A stretch of DNA of 64,000 nucleotides from Clostridia bacterium (GCA_009928785.1 SABY01000005.1:779-64778); one strand, 5' to 3'. Positions 8,841 to 20,798 are shown, counted from the first letter of the stretch. Numbers and translations: made by a program. Notes: generated by a model not told the origin, from the letters alone.

Positions 8841-11618
8841 ATGATAAAAGCATGCATTCTTTATATTAGCCCGCAGGATACCGAGCTCCTCGAAGAACAA
8901 TTTCACCAGCTTTTTGGCGGCAGCAGCTATATTCATCTGCGGCACCCGGTTTCCATACAAGAGGTAGATTTTATCAATAAAAAACAGATAGTAATTATTT
9001 CTGCAGTGCAGTATTCTATGGCACTCGACGAAGATTTTGCGCTTTTTCTTTCGCGGTGCCCATCCACAACATTGTCGGTATTGGCCGCAAGTGAATCAAA
9101 TAATGGTTCTCATTTATCTACCCTCAGGTTCGATCTTGTAATCGATACCACCAAAGGCTTGCTTGCAATAGGTAAAATGATACAGCGTACCGATAAATCG
9201 GTTGCAGAAATCGAAAGTCTGCGCGCCACCCGACGGCGGTACAAATCGGTGTTGAATAGCCTGCATGGTTGCCATTTTATTTGTAATAACGACAGCGACT
9301 GGACTATGCACGAACTTAGCCCCATGTTCGAGGAAATAACCGGTTATGCGGTGGATGATGTTATCCTCAACAAACGACTTACCTATTCCGATCTCATATT
9401 TCCTCAGGATCGTGAAAAAGTATGGTTGCATATTCAGCAAGCCATTTGGCAACGTAAGACCTATAAAGTAGAGTACCGGCTGAAAACTGCCGGCGGACAA
9501 ACAAGGCACATTCTCGAAACAGGTTTTACAGACCAGTCCAACGGCGATGGTTTGGTAATAGAAGGGGTGCTGATAGACCTCACCCATACAAAGCGGCTGG
9601 AAGTGCAGCTTACAACCGTAAAAAACATCATGCTCTTATCGCACAATGCGCTTAGCCTCCCCGAACTCATCGAACTCATTAAAAGAGAACTTGCCATTGT
9701 ATTTCACGATTGTAGTTTAAATGTTGCATTTTACGATCGGTCGGCAAAATCTTTTATGGTACCCATGACAGCAGGAAGCGAAGCATATTTCAGTAAGCTG
9801 GCTATCGACAAAACACTTGATTCAATGGTCGTTTTGCGCAAGCGCAGCCTCATGTTTACAAGTAGTGAGATTTTAAAACTAAAACGACAGGGAAAACTGA
9901 GACGCGATCATCCTGTACCAAAGGCTTATATTGGCGTGCCGCTAACCATCGACGGAAAAGTACATGGCATTATTAGCATCCAAAATTTTGATAACGAACT
10001 ATCTCTGGATAAAGCCGATCTAAGCATGACGGAATTTATAGCCGTACAAATTGCTGCTGTTATGATTCAAAGATTAGCAACAGACCAAACCGGCTTACTG
10101 ATAGATACCTTAGAGCAAAACCCGGAGGCAATACTTGTGATCGACCTTGAAGGACGCATTGTATATGCTAATCAAAATGCTTTGCTGAAAGCAGGATTGA
10201 CACAGAAGAAGATCATCGGATCGCTGCCCGCCATATTGGATGCCGAACACAATAGCAGGGAGCAAGTGAATCAAATTTGGGAGACATTGAAGCAACATAA
10301 GCAATGGGAAGGGGAGTTTCAGAATAAAAATGCCGAGGGCAACATTTATTGGGAATTTGCTCTGATAAAACCTTTGAAAGATTATCAGGCTAATGTAACC
10401 CACTATATTTATGTGCAGGAGAAGCTCACCGAGCGCAAGAATACCGAAGCCGAACTAATTGTTGCCCGCCGCCGTGCCGAAGAAAGCGACAAACTCAAAA
10501 CCGCCTTCCTTAGCAATATGTCGCACGAAATACGCACGCCCATGAATGCCGTAATAGGTTTTGCCGAGATGCTTGCGAATGAGCAATATTTGCCTCAGGA
10601 TCATGACGAATTTGTGAAACTGATCCTCGAAAACGGTCACAAGCTGCTCAACACCATCGACGAAATTATCGACATAGCCAAAATCGAGGCGGGGCAATTT
10701 AGCATTGAATCCGCCAAGTGCTCAGCCAATAAAATACTATATGATAATTACTATATCCTGAAGTCGTTGCAGCAGAAATATGAGAAAGAAAATCTGAAAC
10801 TTATTTCCCGTCAAAATCGTGAAAACGAGAATGTGTTATTTATTTCCGATGCCCATCGCATCAATCAGGTAATGACCAATCTGATAGAAAATGCCTTGAA
10901 ATACACTTTTGAAGGGTTTATCGAATTGGGATATAAATTGCTACGCCAGGAAGGAACCGAGTATATTTGTTATTATGTAAAAGATAGCGGTACAGGCATT
11001 TCCGGCGATCGAACCGGAATCATCTTCGACCGGTTCAGGCAGGCATCCGAAAATTATATCAGCACACAAAGTGGCAATGGACTGGGGCTGGCCATTTCGC
11101 GCAATGTAGCACACCTCATGGGCGGCGATCTGCGGGTAGAATCCACATTAGGAAAAGGCTCAGTATTTTATTTTATGCTGCCTCTCAAGCGTGCCAAAGT
11201 TGAGCAGGATCAGTCGTTTATCCCCGAACCCAAGTCAGACGTGGGCACTGCCTCCTATCCCGACAAAACTGTGCTTATAGCCGAAGATGAAGATTCTAAC
11301 TTCACGTTGTTGGAAGTAATGCTTCAGAAAACAAAAGTGAAAATTCATCGCGCATACAACGGAAAGCAAGCTGTAGATTATGTATTAGGTGGAAATAATG
11401 TTGACCTGGTACTCATGGATGTGCGTATGCCATTGATGAATGGCTATCACGCTACAGAACACATCAAAGCCTTCAACCCAAAACTCCCTGTAATTATTCA
11501 GACTGCCTTTGTAATGACCAACGAACGCGATACAGGCCTGGCAGCCGGATGTGACGAATACCTTCCCAAACCCATCCGCGCCAACGACCTCTACCGGTTG
11601 TTGAAAAAGTTTTTGTAG
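8841..11618 (+). CDS. Cytoplasmic hybrid sensor histidine kinase/response regulator (PAS-GAF-PAS-HisKA-HATPase-REC)
   Basis: 925 aa. H-box SHEIRTPMNAVIGFAEML, ATPase motifs NLIENALKYT, DSGTGI and GNGLGLAISRN, and a receiver domain VLIAEDEDSNF...DLVLMDVRMPLMNGY...KPI. Confidence 0.9.
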   Translation: MIKACILYISPQDTELLEEQFHQLFGGSSYIHLRHPVSIQEVDFINKKQIVIISAVQYSMALDEDFALFLSRCPSTTLSVLAASESNNGSHLSTLRFDLVIDTTKGLLAIGKMIQRTDKSVAEIESLRATRRRYKSVLNSLHGCHFICNNDSDWTMHELSPMFEEITGYAVDDVILNKRLTYSDLIFPQDREKVWLHIQQAIWQRKTYKVEYRLKTAGGQTRHILETGFTDQSNGDGLVIEGVLIDLTHTKRLEVQLTTVKNIMLLSHNALSLPELIELIKRELAIVFHDCSLNVAFYDRSAKSFMVPMTAGSEAYFSKLAIDKTLDSMVVLRKRSLMFTSSEILKLKRQGKLRRDHPVPKAYIGVPLTIDGKVHGIISIQNFDNELSLDKADLSMTEFIAVQIAAVMIQRLATDQTGLLIDTLEQNPEAILVIDLEGRIVYANQNALLKAGLTQKKIIGSLPAILDAEHNSREQVNQIWETLKQHKQWEGEFQNKNAEGNIYWEFALIKPLKDYQANVTHYIYVQEKLTERKNTEAELIVARRRAEESDKLKTAFLSNMSHEIRTPMNAVIGFAEMLANEQYLPQDHDEFVKLILENGHKLLNTIDEIIDIAKIEAGQFSIESAKCSANKILYDNYYILKSLQQKYEKENLKLISRQNRENENVLFISDAHRINQVMTNLIENALKYTFEGFIELGYKLLRQEGTEYICYYVKDSGTGISGDRTGIIFDRFRQASENYISTQSGNGLGLAISRNVAHLMGGDLRVESTLGKGSVFYFMLPLKRAKVEQDQSFIPEPKSDVGTASYPDKTVLIAEDEDSNFTLLEVMLQKTKVKIHRAYNGKQAVDYVLGGNNVDLVLMDVRMPLMNGYHATEHIKAFNPKLPVIIQTAFVMTNERDTGLAAGCDEYLPKPIRANDLYRLLKKFL

Positions 11619-11628
11619 GGTTATCAAC

Positions 11629-11712
11629 CAACAAATTCCAACTCGCAACAAATTCCAACTTTCAACAAATTCCAACTCGCAACAAATCAAATCCCCAACA
11701 AATCCAAAAATT
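11629..11712. repeat. 17-bp tandem repeat CAACAAATTCCAACTYK (3 good copies plus 2 degenerate)
   Basis: Copies at 11629, 11646 and 11663, decaying into CAACAAATCAAATCCCC and AACAAATCCAAAAATT. It is the reverse-complement partner of the TTGGAATTT motifs at 11757-11790. Confidence 0.8.
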
Positions 11713-11724
11713 AAAAAATCCAAT

Positions 11725-11762
11725 AACCAAAATCATTACGGGGTTCTGAATTTTGGTTTTTG
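11725..11762 (+). terminator. AT-rich hairpin plus T-run downstream of the histidine kinase gene
   Basis: AACCAAAAT-16 nt-ATTTTGGTT followed by TTTTGG. Confidence 0.45.
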
Positions 11763-11865
11763 GAATTTATTTGTCCTTTGGGATTTGGTTTTTATAAAAG
11801 CATGTCCGCTTCACAGGCACCCGCCATTTACTGTCCATTTTATTAATAAGTTTTTTTTATAACCA

Positions 11866-11901
11866 ATAGCCCCGTTCCTTCATCTGATGAAACGGGGCTA
11901 T
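11866..11901. terminator. 11-bp perfect-stem hairpin between the convergent kinase and gyrB genes
   Basis: ATAGCCCCGTT-14 nt-AACGGGGCTAT. There is no clean U-run on either strand, so terminator function is inferred from position only. Confidence 0.35.
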
Positions 11902-11940
11902 CTAAAAGTGCTGAAGCTCTTGGCTTATAGAACTGGCGGG

Positions 11941-13959
<2,019 letters not shown>

Positions 13960-14047
13960 CTAATAGTCACTATTTTACAGCCCTCGCAACGTTAACTTAT
14001 CAACAATTCTTTGTTAATTCCCTGCCAATTTCTTTCATTGTTTTTTA

Positions 14048-15730
14048 TCAAAATGAAAAGGTGAATCCACCCATCACATTGATGCGTTGTGAAGGGTATT
14101 GATAATAACGGGAATAGCGTGTGGATGTAACGTTGTTGAGCTGCACAAAGGCGGCAATTTTTTCGCTATGGCGATATTCTGCACCAAGATTCAGATCGAC
14201 GTAAGCTTTGTTATGATCGATGATCAGCATCTTTTCTTTTCGTGTCTGTACATAGGTTTTTGAATTGTAAAACAATTCGCCACTCAGCGTAAGTTTCTTG
14301 CCAATGTTGTAATGCGCCAGCAATGCTGCTTCCAGCGCAGGCTTGTGCCAGGGTTTGGCTTGTGTGGCCGGTTTGTAGTCGCGATAAGCGCCACGCAGCA
14401 GCACATCCAAACGCGCTCCCTGCTGCGTGTAACCCATCTCCAGACTTACCGTTGTAACCTGCGTATCGTCGTAGATGCCGGTAAATTTATTGCCAAAATT
14501 AGCTGGCACCTCCGGACTGTAAGCCGCTATGATGTCATTATTATAATAAAGCATGTTGTCGATGGAAGCATACGACACGCTAAAGTTGTAATTGAAAAGC
14601 TGGTCGATTTTTCCTGTTACCCCGCCACTGATGTCGTAGCTCGTACTGGTAAATCCCAGCGGAAACAAAGGATCGACCCAGGGATTTTCGTTGATAATTT
14701 CCTTAAAACTATTGCGATGCAAACCGCCGGAAATAGCAGCATAAAATGTAAGAAAGTCAGGAATAACCTGATAATCGGCGCGCACGTCGGGGTAAGCATA
14801 AAATTTGGATGCCGAATCGGCTGCCAGCGCTCCTGTTACGCCCAGGCGCAATTGCAGATAGCCCATGTGCAACCTGATGTAGGGCGTAAGCGAAAGTGCC
14901 AGCGCGCTGCCGGAATTGAGGCTGTCGGTGTTGTGATAATAATCCACCGATAAATCAACGCCCAGCTCCTGGTTTTCGACAAAGTCGAGAAATTGGGTTT
15001 GGGAATTGTAATTGGCTTTGGTGCCGATATTCAGCTCGTTGGTTTCGTTGAGGTTGTTGAGATGGTAAAAATGAAGTCCCGCATCAAAGTTCTTTTTGCT
15101 TCGACGCTGCTGGATGGTAGCCAGCGAAAATTTACCACCAATCATCGAATAACGTTGACGCAGCTCCTCGTCGCTCAGCGGATACAGCGTATCGTCAGCA
15201 GGTTTGTAACCATAGTAATGCACCACATCGCGCTGGTAATTCAATTTCCCGTCGATTACGTGCTTACGCAAATAGCGCGAAGCATACAGGCCTATGTTGT
15301 TGTGGCTGAAGCTGCTGGTTCCGTAGTCGTCGATATCGCCAGCCGACGAAAAATGCCTTGCATGAAAACCGATGGCATAATCGCCGGAGCTAAGGCTGTT
15401 GGTAAAAAGTTCGACATACGGCGTAGTATAATTCCCAAAACCGGCGCGCAAATAGTTGCGGTGGAGTTCATCAGGGATGTTGATGTCGATGAGCGCCGGC
15501 TTTATGGGTGTAATTGTAAAATCGGTGGTAGCTGCCTGGCTGGTGATGCTGTAGTTCATCGGCGGTAACGAAATGGCGGTGTCGGGCATCACTGGCTGCG
15601 CATTAATTTTTACGGCGTCGCCGATGCTTGGCTGATAAGGCGCAATGATGGTCACCTCCTGGTTTTGTGCCTGCACACTTATCGTCACCACCAGTATTAA
15701 TAATATTAAAAAATGCCTTGATATTTTCAT
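14048..15730 (-). CDS. Outer-membrane beta-barrel protein (putative porin family)
   Basis: Signal peptide MKISRHFLILLILVVTISVQAQ, alternating-hydrophobicity strands rich in Y/G/N, and a C-terminal ...VMGGFTFSF. It lies immediately downstream of the TPR gene. Confidence 0.7.
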   Translation of the reverse strand: MKISRHFLILLILVVTISVQAQNQEVTIIAPYQPSIGDAVKINAQPVMPDTAISLPPMNYSITSQAATTDFTITPIKPALIDINIPDELHRNYLRAGFGNYTTPYVELFTNSLSSGDYAIGFHARHFSSAGDIDDYGTSSFSHNNIGLYASRYLRKHVIDGKLNYQRDVVHYYGYKPADDTLYPLSDEELRQRYSMIGGKFSLATIQQRRSKKNFDAGLHFYHLNNLNETNELNIGTKANYNSQTQFLDFVENQELGVDLSVDYYHNTDSLNSGSALALSLTPYIRLHMGYLQLRLGVTGALAADSASKFYAYPDVRADYQVIPDFLTFYAAISGGLHRNSFKEIINENPWVDPLFPLGFTSTSYDISGGVTGKIDQLFNYNFSVSYASIDNMLYYNNDIIAAYSPEVPANFGNKFTGIYDDTQVTTVSLEMGYTQQGARLDVLLRGAYRDYKPATQAKPWHKPALEAALLAHYNIGKKLTLSGELFYNSKTYVQTRKEKMLIIDHNKAYVDLNLGAEYRHSEKIAAFVQLNNVTSTRYSRYYQYPSQRINVMGGFTFSF

Positions 15731-15843
15731 TAATGCAGCGTTACGATTTTTGAAATTTTTGTTTTGGAATTTATTTGGCATTTGGAAATTGTGTATTGGA
15801 ATTTCTTTTTATCATATTATCAACTTTCCCGAACCGCAACTGC

Positions 15844-18800
15844 CTATCGGCCTCTGTTTTTCTTTGGATTTTTATCTGTGGGTGCCGTATCGCTGGCAGG
15901 TACAGTATTATCAATTTGCCGGAGCTTTTGAGCGGCTTCGGCTTTCAGGTCTTCGCCGGGGTAGTTGTCGATAATGCTTTGCAGGGTTTGCCGTGCCTGA
16001 AATTCATTATCGGTGGCAGCATAAATTTGGGCCAGCATGATAAATCCTTTTGCCTTCCAGTATTCTTGTGCGGGATAGTCGTTGGAAAGTTCAAAAATTA
16101 AATTTTCTGCTTTCGCAAAATCTTTCTTTCTGAATTGAATTTCTGCCAGCAGATATTTGGCTTCGGCTCCTTGTGTCCCATCAGAGAGCGTCACAGTTTT
16201 TTCGAGCGCCGGAGTGGCGGTTTGCAGATCATCGTTTTTCCAGGCACTCACACCGATTATATAATTGGCTTCCGCCAGCAGTGCGGGGTCTAAGTTTCCA
16301 TTTTTCAGCAGCCGGTTTGCAGCCTGCATAGCTTCGGCAGGTTGTTGCAGTGTGCTGTACGCCCGCATTTGCCCCACCTGAGCCGTGGTAACATTGGCCG
16401 GGTTGTCGGCCAGGTTTTCGAGTTGCCGGTAATTTTCGAGCGCTGCGTCCGTATTGCCTGCCTCTTGGTTGAGGAGCGCTGCCTGTAGGAGGGCATGCTC
16501 GGTGTAACGCGATTTGGGCGCTTGCGCAATGCGCTGGTAATCCGGTAGCGCAGCCTCACGGTTGCCGAGTTTCATGTTGCACTCCGCACGAAAATAGATG
16601 GCATTAATAACAAAAGCTCCATTGGCAAATTCCTCAAGATAAGTATCCAATGCCTTCACCGCATTTTCGCAGCGGCCGCTCATGTAAAGGTTTTCGGCGT
16701 TGATCCACGTGAGCGAATCCTGCTCGCTGGCCGTTACACTGGCAAAGGGAACTGTATTAGCATATTGAAAATAGGAACCGATTTCATTTTTATCCATATA
16801 AATATTTCGGATGGTGGCCAGGGCTTCGCGCGCTTCGTCGGTGCCCGGGTAGTCGGCTACCAGTTTTTTGAGGATTTGCAGCGCTTCATCGTAGCGGCTC
16901 TGATTGTAATGCACCAGCGCACTTCGTTGCAGCGATTTTACCATATAATTGCTGTTGGGAAATTTGCGAATCAGATCATCAAAGCGTGTCAGCGCCTGGT
17001 TGTAGTTATTTGCCAGCAGATAGGTTTCGGCCATTTCGTAGTAGGCGTCGTCCTGAAAGTTGGAGGAAGGATATTTCTGAATGAGTTCGCTCAACGTCGA
17101 AAGTTTTGCCTGATCATTGCCCAGCGCGCCCTGCGACAGTGCTTTTTGAAACAATGCGTAGTCGGCATTGCGCGGACGCTGCTCCAAAGCGCGGTCGTAT
17201 TGCTCGATGGCTGGCCGGTAGTTTTTGGTAACAAAATAGCAGTCGCCCATCCGCATCAGCGCATCGGATAAATATTCTTTGTCGCTTTTTCCCGGTTTGT
17301 TCACAAATTGCCGGAAGGCTGCCAAGGCATTATCATAATATTTCAAATTAAAATAGGCATATCCCAACTGATAGCGCGCCAGCGGATACAAGTCGAGGCG
17401 GGCGGAGCCGGGCGTAGTCATAAAGTCTTCGTACTGTTCAATGGCGGTGCTATATTGCTGTCGCCGGTAATATGTTTCGGCCATCCAGTATTTGGCGCGG
17501 GCGGTAAGCTCCCGGTTTTGGTTGTTGGCCAGCGATTTTCTGAAATTTGCCAACGCTTCGTCCCAATGAGCTGCATTAAAATTTTGAACCGCTAATTGAT
17601 ACGTAATTCGCTGGTAAGCCGACTTCAACACATTGTTTTTGGTGCGCATGCGCTCTATGGCGTCGATGGCAGTCTGATAATCTTTTGTTGACAAAAACAG
17701 ATTGGTGAGATAGCTCATCGCTTCGTCGGTGCGAGGCGAATCCGGGTAGTCATCCACATACTGCATGAGCGCCTGCAGCGAGTTGCCGAACGGGTCGTAA
17801 GCCAACTCATAGGAGAGTTTGGCGTAATTAAACAACGCATCTTCTTTGATTTGCTCATCGCCATCCAGTTGCCAGGCATTATAAAAAGCACTTTGCGCAA
17901 ACTGTTTTTTGTCGGTTTTCAGGTAGCTGTCGGCCAGGTGGTAATAAGCATTTTGCGAAAGCGCATCTTTTGGACCTGCTACTTTTTCAAATTTGGCCAC
18001 AGCCTCCTGGTATTTTCCAGTTTGATACAGCGCAAAAGCCATCTGGTATTGTTCTTCGCGCGACAGCGAGCGGCGAATGTTGTCCTGGTAAATACCGAAA
18101 TATTCAAGCGCTTTTGCATAGTTTTCTTTTTGATAAAAACCTTCAGCTACCACGCGTGCCGCTTCGGCCTGCTGCTTTTTGTCGTTGGTTTCGCGCACCA
18201 CTTCCGGACCGTCGGCTACAATGGCATCATAATCTTTTCGGATGTAATTGATTTGCAAAAGATAAAAAGGCACCTGCGCGCCCACCTCCGAATTTTTATC
18301 CACTTTACTGAAATATTTCAGCGCCTCATCGTAGTCCTGCTGCAGGTAGGCAATCTGTGCGTAATAAAAGTTGGCAGCCTGCTGATAATCCGAGGGTGTA
18401 TTCAAAATCGGGAAAAGAACCTCGCGGGCTTTGGCGTAGTTTTCGGTTTGCAGATAGCTGTATCCCAATTTGTACAGATATTCTGGTTGCACGTCAGGTG
18501 TCAGGTGGTAAGAGTCCACTTTTTCGAATGCTTCGATGGCTTGTTTGTAGCGACGGGCATCGTATGCGATAAATCCCAGATGCAGCCGCGCCATATTGGT
18601 TTTGCTATGCGCGTCGTAGCGCAACAAAAACTCCTCAAACTCCTGCTGTGCCTCCGGGTGGTTGAGCTTGTAGTCGGCCAGCGCGATGTAGTAGGAAGCC
18701 TCCATGCACATCAGCGTTTCGGTGGGCGGAAGATTTTCTGCAAGTGATAAGAAAATTTCGCGTGCGGCACCGTACTGCTTTTTGGCAATCAGATCGGTGG

Positions 18801-18906
18801 CAAGACGGTAGGTGGCTTCGGGCGGGTCGTAGTAGCGGGTTTGCTGGGCTGCCGGCATCAAATACAAAAAAATAAGCAGGAGCAACAAGCCTGCTTTTCT
18901 CGTCAT
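15844..18906 (-). CDS. Large secreted tetratricopeptide-repeat (TPR) protein
   Basis: About 1020 aa from MTRKAGLLLLLIFLYLMPAAQQ. It contains tens of 34-aa A/Y/L-patterned repeats (e.g. YYRLATDLIAKKQYGAAREIF, AYYEMAETYLLANNYNQALTRF). Confidence 0.8.
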   Translation of the reverse strand: MTRKAGLLLLLIFLYLMPAAQQTRYYDPPEATYRLATDLIAKKQYGAAREIFLSLAENLPPTETLMCMEASYYIALADYKLNHPEAQQEFEEFLLRYDAHSKTNMARLHLGFIAYDARRYKQAIEAFEKVDSYHLTPDVQPEYLYKLGYSYLQTENYAKAREVLFPILNTPSDYQQAANFYYAQIAYLQQDYDEALKYFSKVDKNSEVGAQVPFYLLQINYIRKDYDAIVADGPEVVRETNDKKQQAEAARVVAEGFYQKENYAKALEYFGIYQDNIRRSLSREEQYQMAFALYQTGKYQEAVAKFEKVAGPKDALSQNAYYHLADSYLKTDKKQFAQSAFYNAWQLDGDEQIKEDALFNYAKLSYELAYDPFGNSLQALMQYVDDYPDSPRTDEAMSYLTNLFLSTKDYQTAIDAIERMRTKNNVLKSAYQRITYQLAVQNFNAAHWDEALANFRKSLANNQNRELTARAKYWMAETYYRRQQYSTAIEQYEDFMTTPGSARLDLYPLARYQLGYAYFNLKYYDNALAAFRQFVNKPGKSDKEYLSDALMRMGDCYFVTKNYRPAIEQYDRALEQRPRNADYALFQKALSQGALGNDQAKLSTLSELIQKYPSSNFQDDAYYEMAETYLLANNYNQALTRFDDLIRKFPNSNYMVKSLQRSALVHYNQSRYDEALQILKKLVADYPGTDEAREALATIRNIYMDKNEIGSYFQYANTVPFASVTASEQDSLTWINAENLYMSGRCENAVKALDTYLEEFANGAFVINAIYFRAECNMKLGNREAALPDYQRIAQAPKSRYTEHALLQAALLNQEAGNTDAALENYRQLENLADNPANVTTAQVGQMRAYSTLQQPAEAMQAANRLLKNGNLDPALLAEANYIIGVSAWKNDDLQTATPALEKTVTLSDGTQGAEAKYLLAEIQFRKKDFAKAENLIFELSNDYPAQEYWKAKGFIMLAQIYAATDNEFQARQTLQSIIDNYPGEDLKAEAAQKLRQIDNTVPASDTAPTDKNPKKNRGR

Positions 18907-19013
18907 GCGAATATTCATATTGCTTTTATTCTGTTGGATTTCGTCATCTGGCCTGAAAAAACTACCATGCAAACGATGCTTTGAGATAGTTATTTTAACA
19001 TTCCTGTCCCAGG

Positions 19014-19255
19014 CGTAAACGCCTGGGCTATGAATCGTAAACGCCTGGGCTATGAATCGTAAACGCCTGGGCTATGGATCGTAAACGCCTGGGCTATGGA
19101 TCGTAAACGCCTGGGCTACGGATCGTGAACGCCTGGGCTATGAATCGTAAACGCCTGGGCTACGGATCGTGAACGCCTGGGCTATGAATCGTAAACGCCT
19201 GGGCTATGGATCGTAAACGCCTGGGCTATGAATCGTAAACGCCTGGGCTATGAAC
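19014..19255. repeat. 22-bp tandem repeat x 11 (CGTRAACGCCTGGGCTAYGRAT)
   Basis: Eleven exact-length head-to-tail units counted by hand. The first overlaps the palindrome CCCAGGCG-TAAA-CGCCTGGG (19008-19027). Confidence 0.95.
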
Positions 19256-19272
19256 AAAGTCTTTTCATTCGT

Positions 19273-19500
19273 AAATCTAAAATCTAAAATCTAAAATCTA
19301 ACATCTAAAATCTAAAATCTAACATCTAACATCTAAAATCTAACATCTAAAATCTAAAATCTAACATCTAACATCTAAAATCTAAAATCTAAAATCTAAA
19401 ATCTAAAATCTAACATCTAACATCTAAAATCTAACATCTAAAATCTAAAATCTAAAATCTAAAATCTAACATCTAACATCCAACATCTAACATCTAACAC
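19273..19500. repeat. 7-bp tandem repeat x 32 with two unit states (AAAATCT / AACATCT)
   Basis: Units counted by hand. State string: AAAACAACCACAACCAAAAACCACAAAACCCC. Unit 30 is AACATCC. Confidence 0.95.
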
Positions 19501-19508
19501 TACTTTTG
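19501..19508 (+). promoter_or_regulatory. -7 box TACTTTTG for the aspartokinase gene
   Basis: Matches TAnnTTTG, 21 nt before the ATG at 19530. It directly abuts the last heptad unit. Confidence 0.5.
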
Positions 19509-19529
19509 CTTTTTCTTTTTTGTAAATAA

Positions 19530-20798
19530 ATGAAAATATTCAAATTTGGAGGAGCCTCCGTCAATAGCGCCGAAGCCATACGAAATGTAGGCGTCATACT
19601 CGAAAAGTACCGGCAGCAGGAGCTGGTGGTGGTGTTTTCGGCTATGGGCAAAACCACCAATATGCTCGAAGCTGTTGTTGACGCTGCCTGGCACAAGTCA
19701 GGATTGGTAAACAGCCACATCGCCCGTGTTGCCGACTATCATCGGATAATTATCGATGATCTCTTTCCCGCCGATCATCCTGCGCATCATTTGCTGGAGG
19801 GGCTAATGCTTAACGTCACAGCCATGACCGAAAATACAGACTTTGGGTACGACGAATTTTACGATCGTGTGGTGCCTTTCGGCGAATTGATTTCTACAGC
19901 TATCCTTAGCGCCTGGCTCGATGAAGAAGGCCTTTCTAATATTCTGATTCCGGCGCCTACGCTCATCAAAACGGACAACCATTTTCGGGATGCAGCCGTG
20001 CTGTGGCCACAAACCAGTGAGCGCATCGGTGCAAATATTCGCACTGTTTTGGCCGACAACCCCTGCCATTTTATTCTCACGCAAGGATTTATCGGCAGCA
20101 CCACCGATGGCCGGCGTACTACGCTGGGGCGCGAAGGCAGCGACTTTACGGCTGCTGTGCTCGCCTATTGCCTCGATGCCCAAGAGGTTACCGTGTGGAA
20201 AGATGTGGACGGGCTGCACAATGCCGATCCGGTGTATTTCGACTCCACCCGATTAATTCCTGCGCTGTCGTACCGCGAAACCATAGAGCTGGCCTATTAC
20301 GGTGCCAAAATTCTGCATCCCAAAACCATCAAACCTTTGCACAACAAAAATATCCCGCTGTACATCCGGTCGTTTTTTCATCCGGAGCTGCCTGGCTCCG
20401 TCATCCAGGCCAGCGAACAGTCCGACACGCTGATTCCGTTTTTCATATTAAAAAAGGAGCAACTGCTACTTTCGTTCTCCACACGCGATTTTTCTTTTAT
20501 TAATGAAGAAAAACTTAAAATCCTTTTCGGCGTTTTTTCTGATCAGAGCATCCGCATCAACCTGATGCAAAACTCCGCCATCAGTTTTACGGTATGCATC
20601 AATCATCCGCAGCACAAGCTGCCGGTGCTGCTCGATGCGCTGGGCGAGGTTTTCGAAATCCGTTACAACGAAGGCCTGGAGCTGCTCACCATCCGCCATT
20701 TTGAGAACGTCGATCTGCAACCCTATTTGGCCGGATGCCACATCTTGCTCGAACAACGTAGCCGGCGCACACTGCAAATTGCTTATCAGCGGACATAA
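19530..20798 (+). CDS. lysC: Aspartate kinase (monofunctional, with C-terminal ACT-like region)
   Basis: MKIFKFGGASV, VVVFSAMGKTTN, LGREGSDFTAA and YYGAKILHPKTI. Confidence 0.85.
   Translation: MKIFKFGGASVNSAEAIRNVGVILEKYRQQELVVVFSAMGKTTNMLEAVVDAAWHKSGLVNSHIARVADYHRIIIDDLFPADHPAHHLLEGLMLNVTAMTENTDFGYDEFYDRVVPFGELISTAILSAWLDEEGLSNILIPAPTLIKTDNHFRDAAVLWPQTSERIGANIRTVLADNPCHFILTQGFIGSTTDGRRTTLGREGSDFTAAVLAYCLDAQEVTVWKDVDGLHNADPVYFDSTRLIPALSYRETIELAYYGAKILHPKTIKPLHNKNIPLYIRSFFHPELPGSVIQASEQSDTLIPFFILKKEQLLLSFSTRDFSFINEEKLKILFGVFSDQSIRINLMQNSAISFTVCINHPQHKLPVLLDALGEVFEIRYNEGLELLTIRHFENVDLQPYLAGCHILLEQRSRRTLQIAYQRT

Noticed and set aside
15844-18972. Calling the 1000-aa TPR protein PorW/SprE (T9SS component).
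   Set aside because: I saw only generic TPR repeats. The signal peptide has no lipobox cysteine, whereas SprE/PorW proteins are lipoproteins. No specific motif could be verified by eye. It stays a generic TPR protein.
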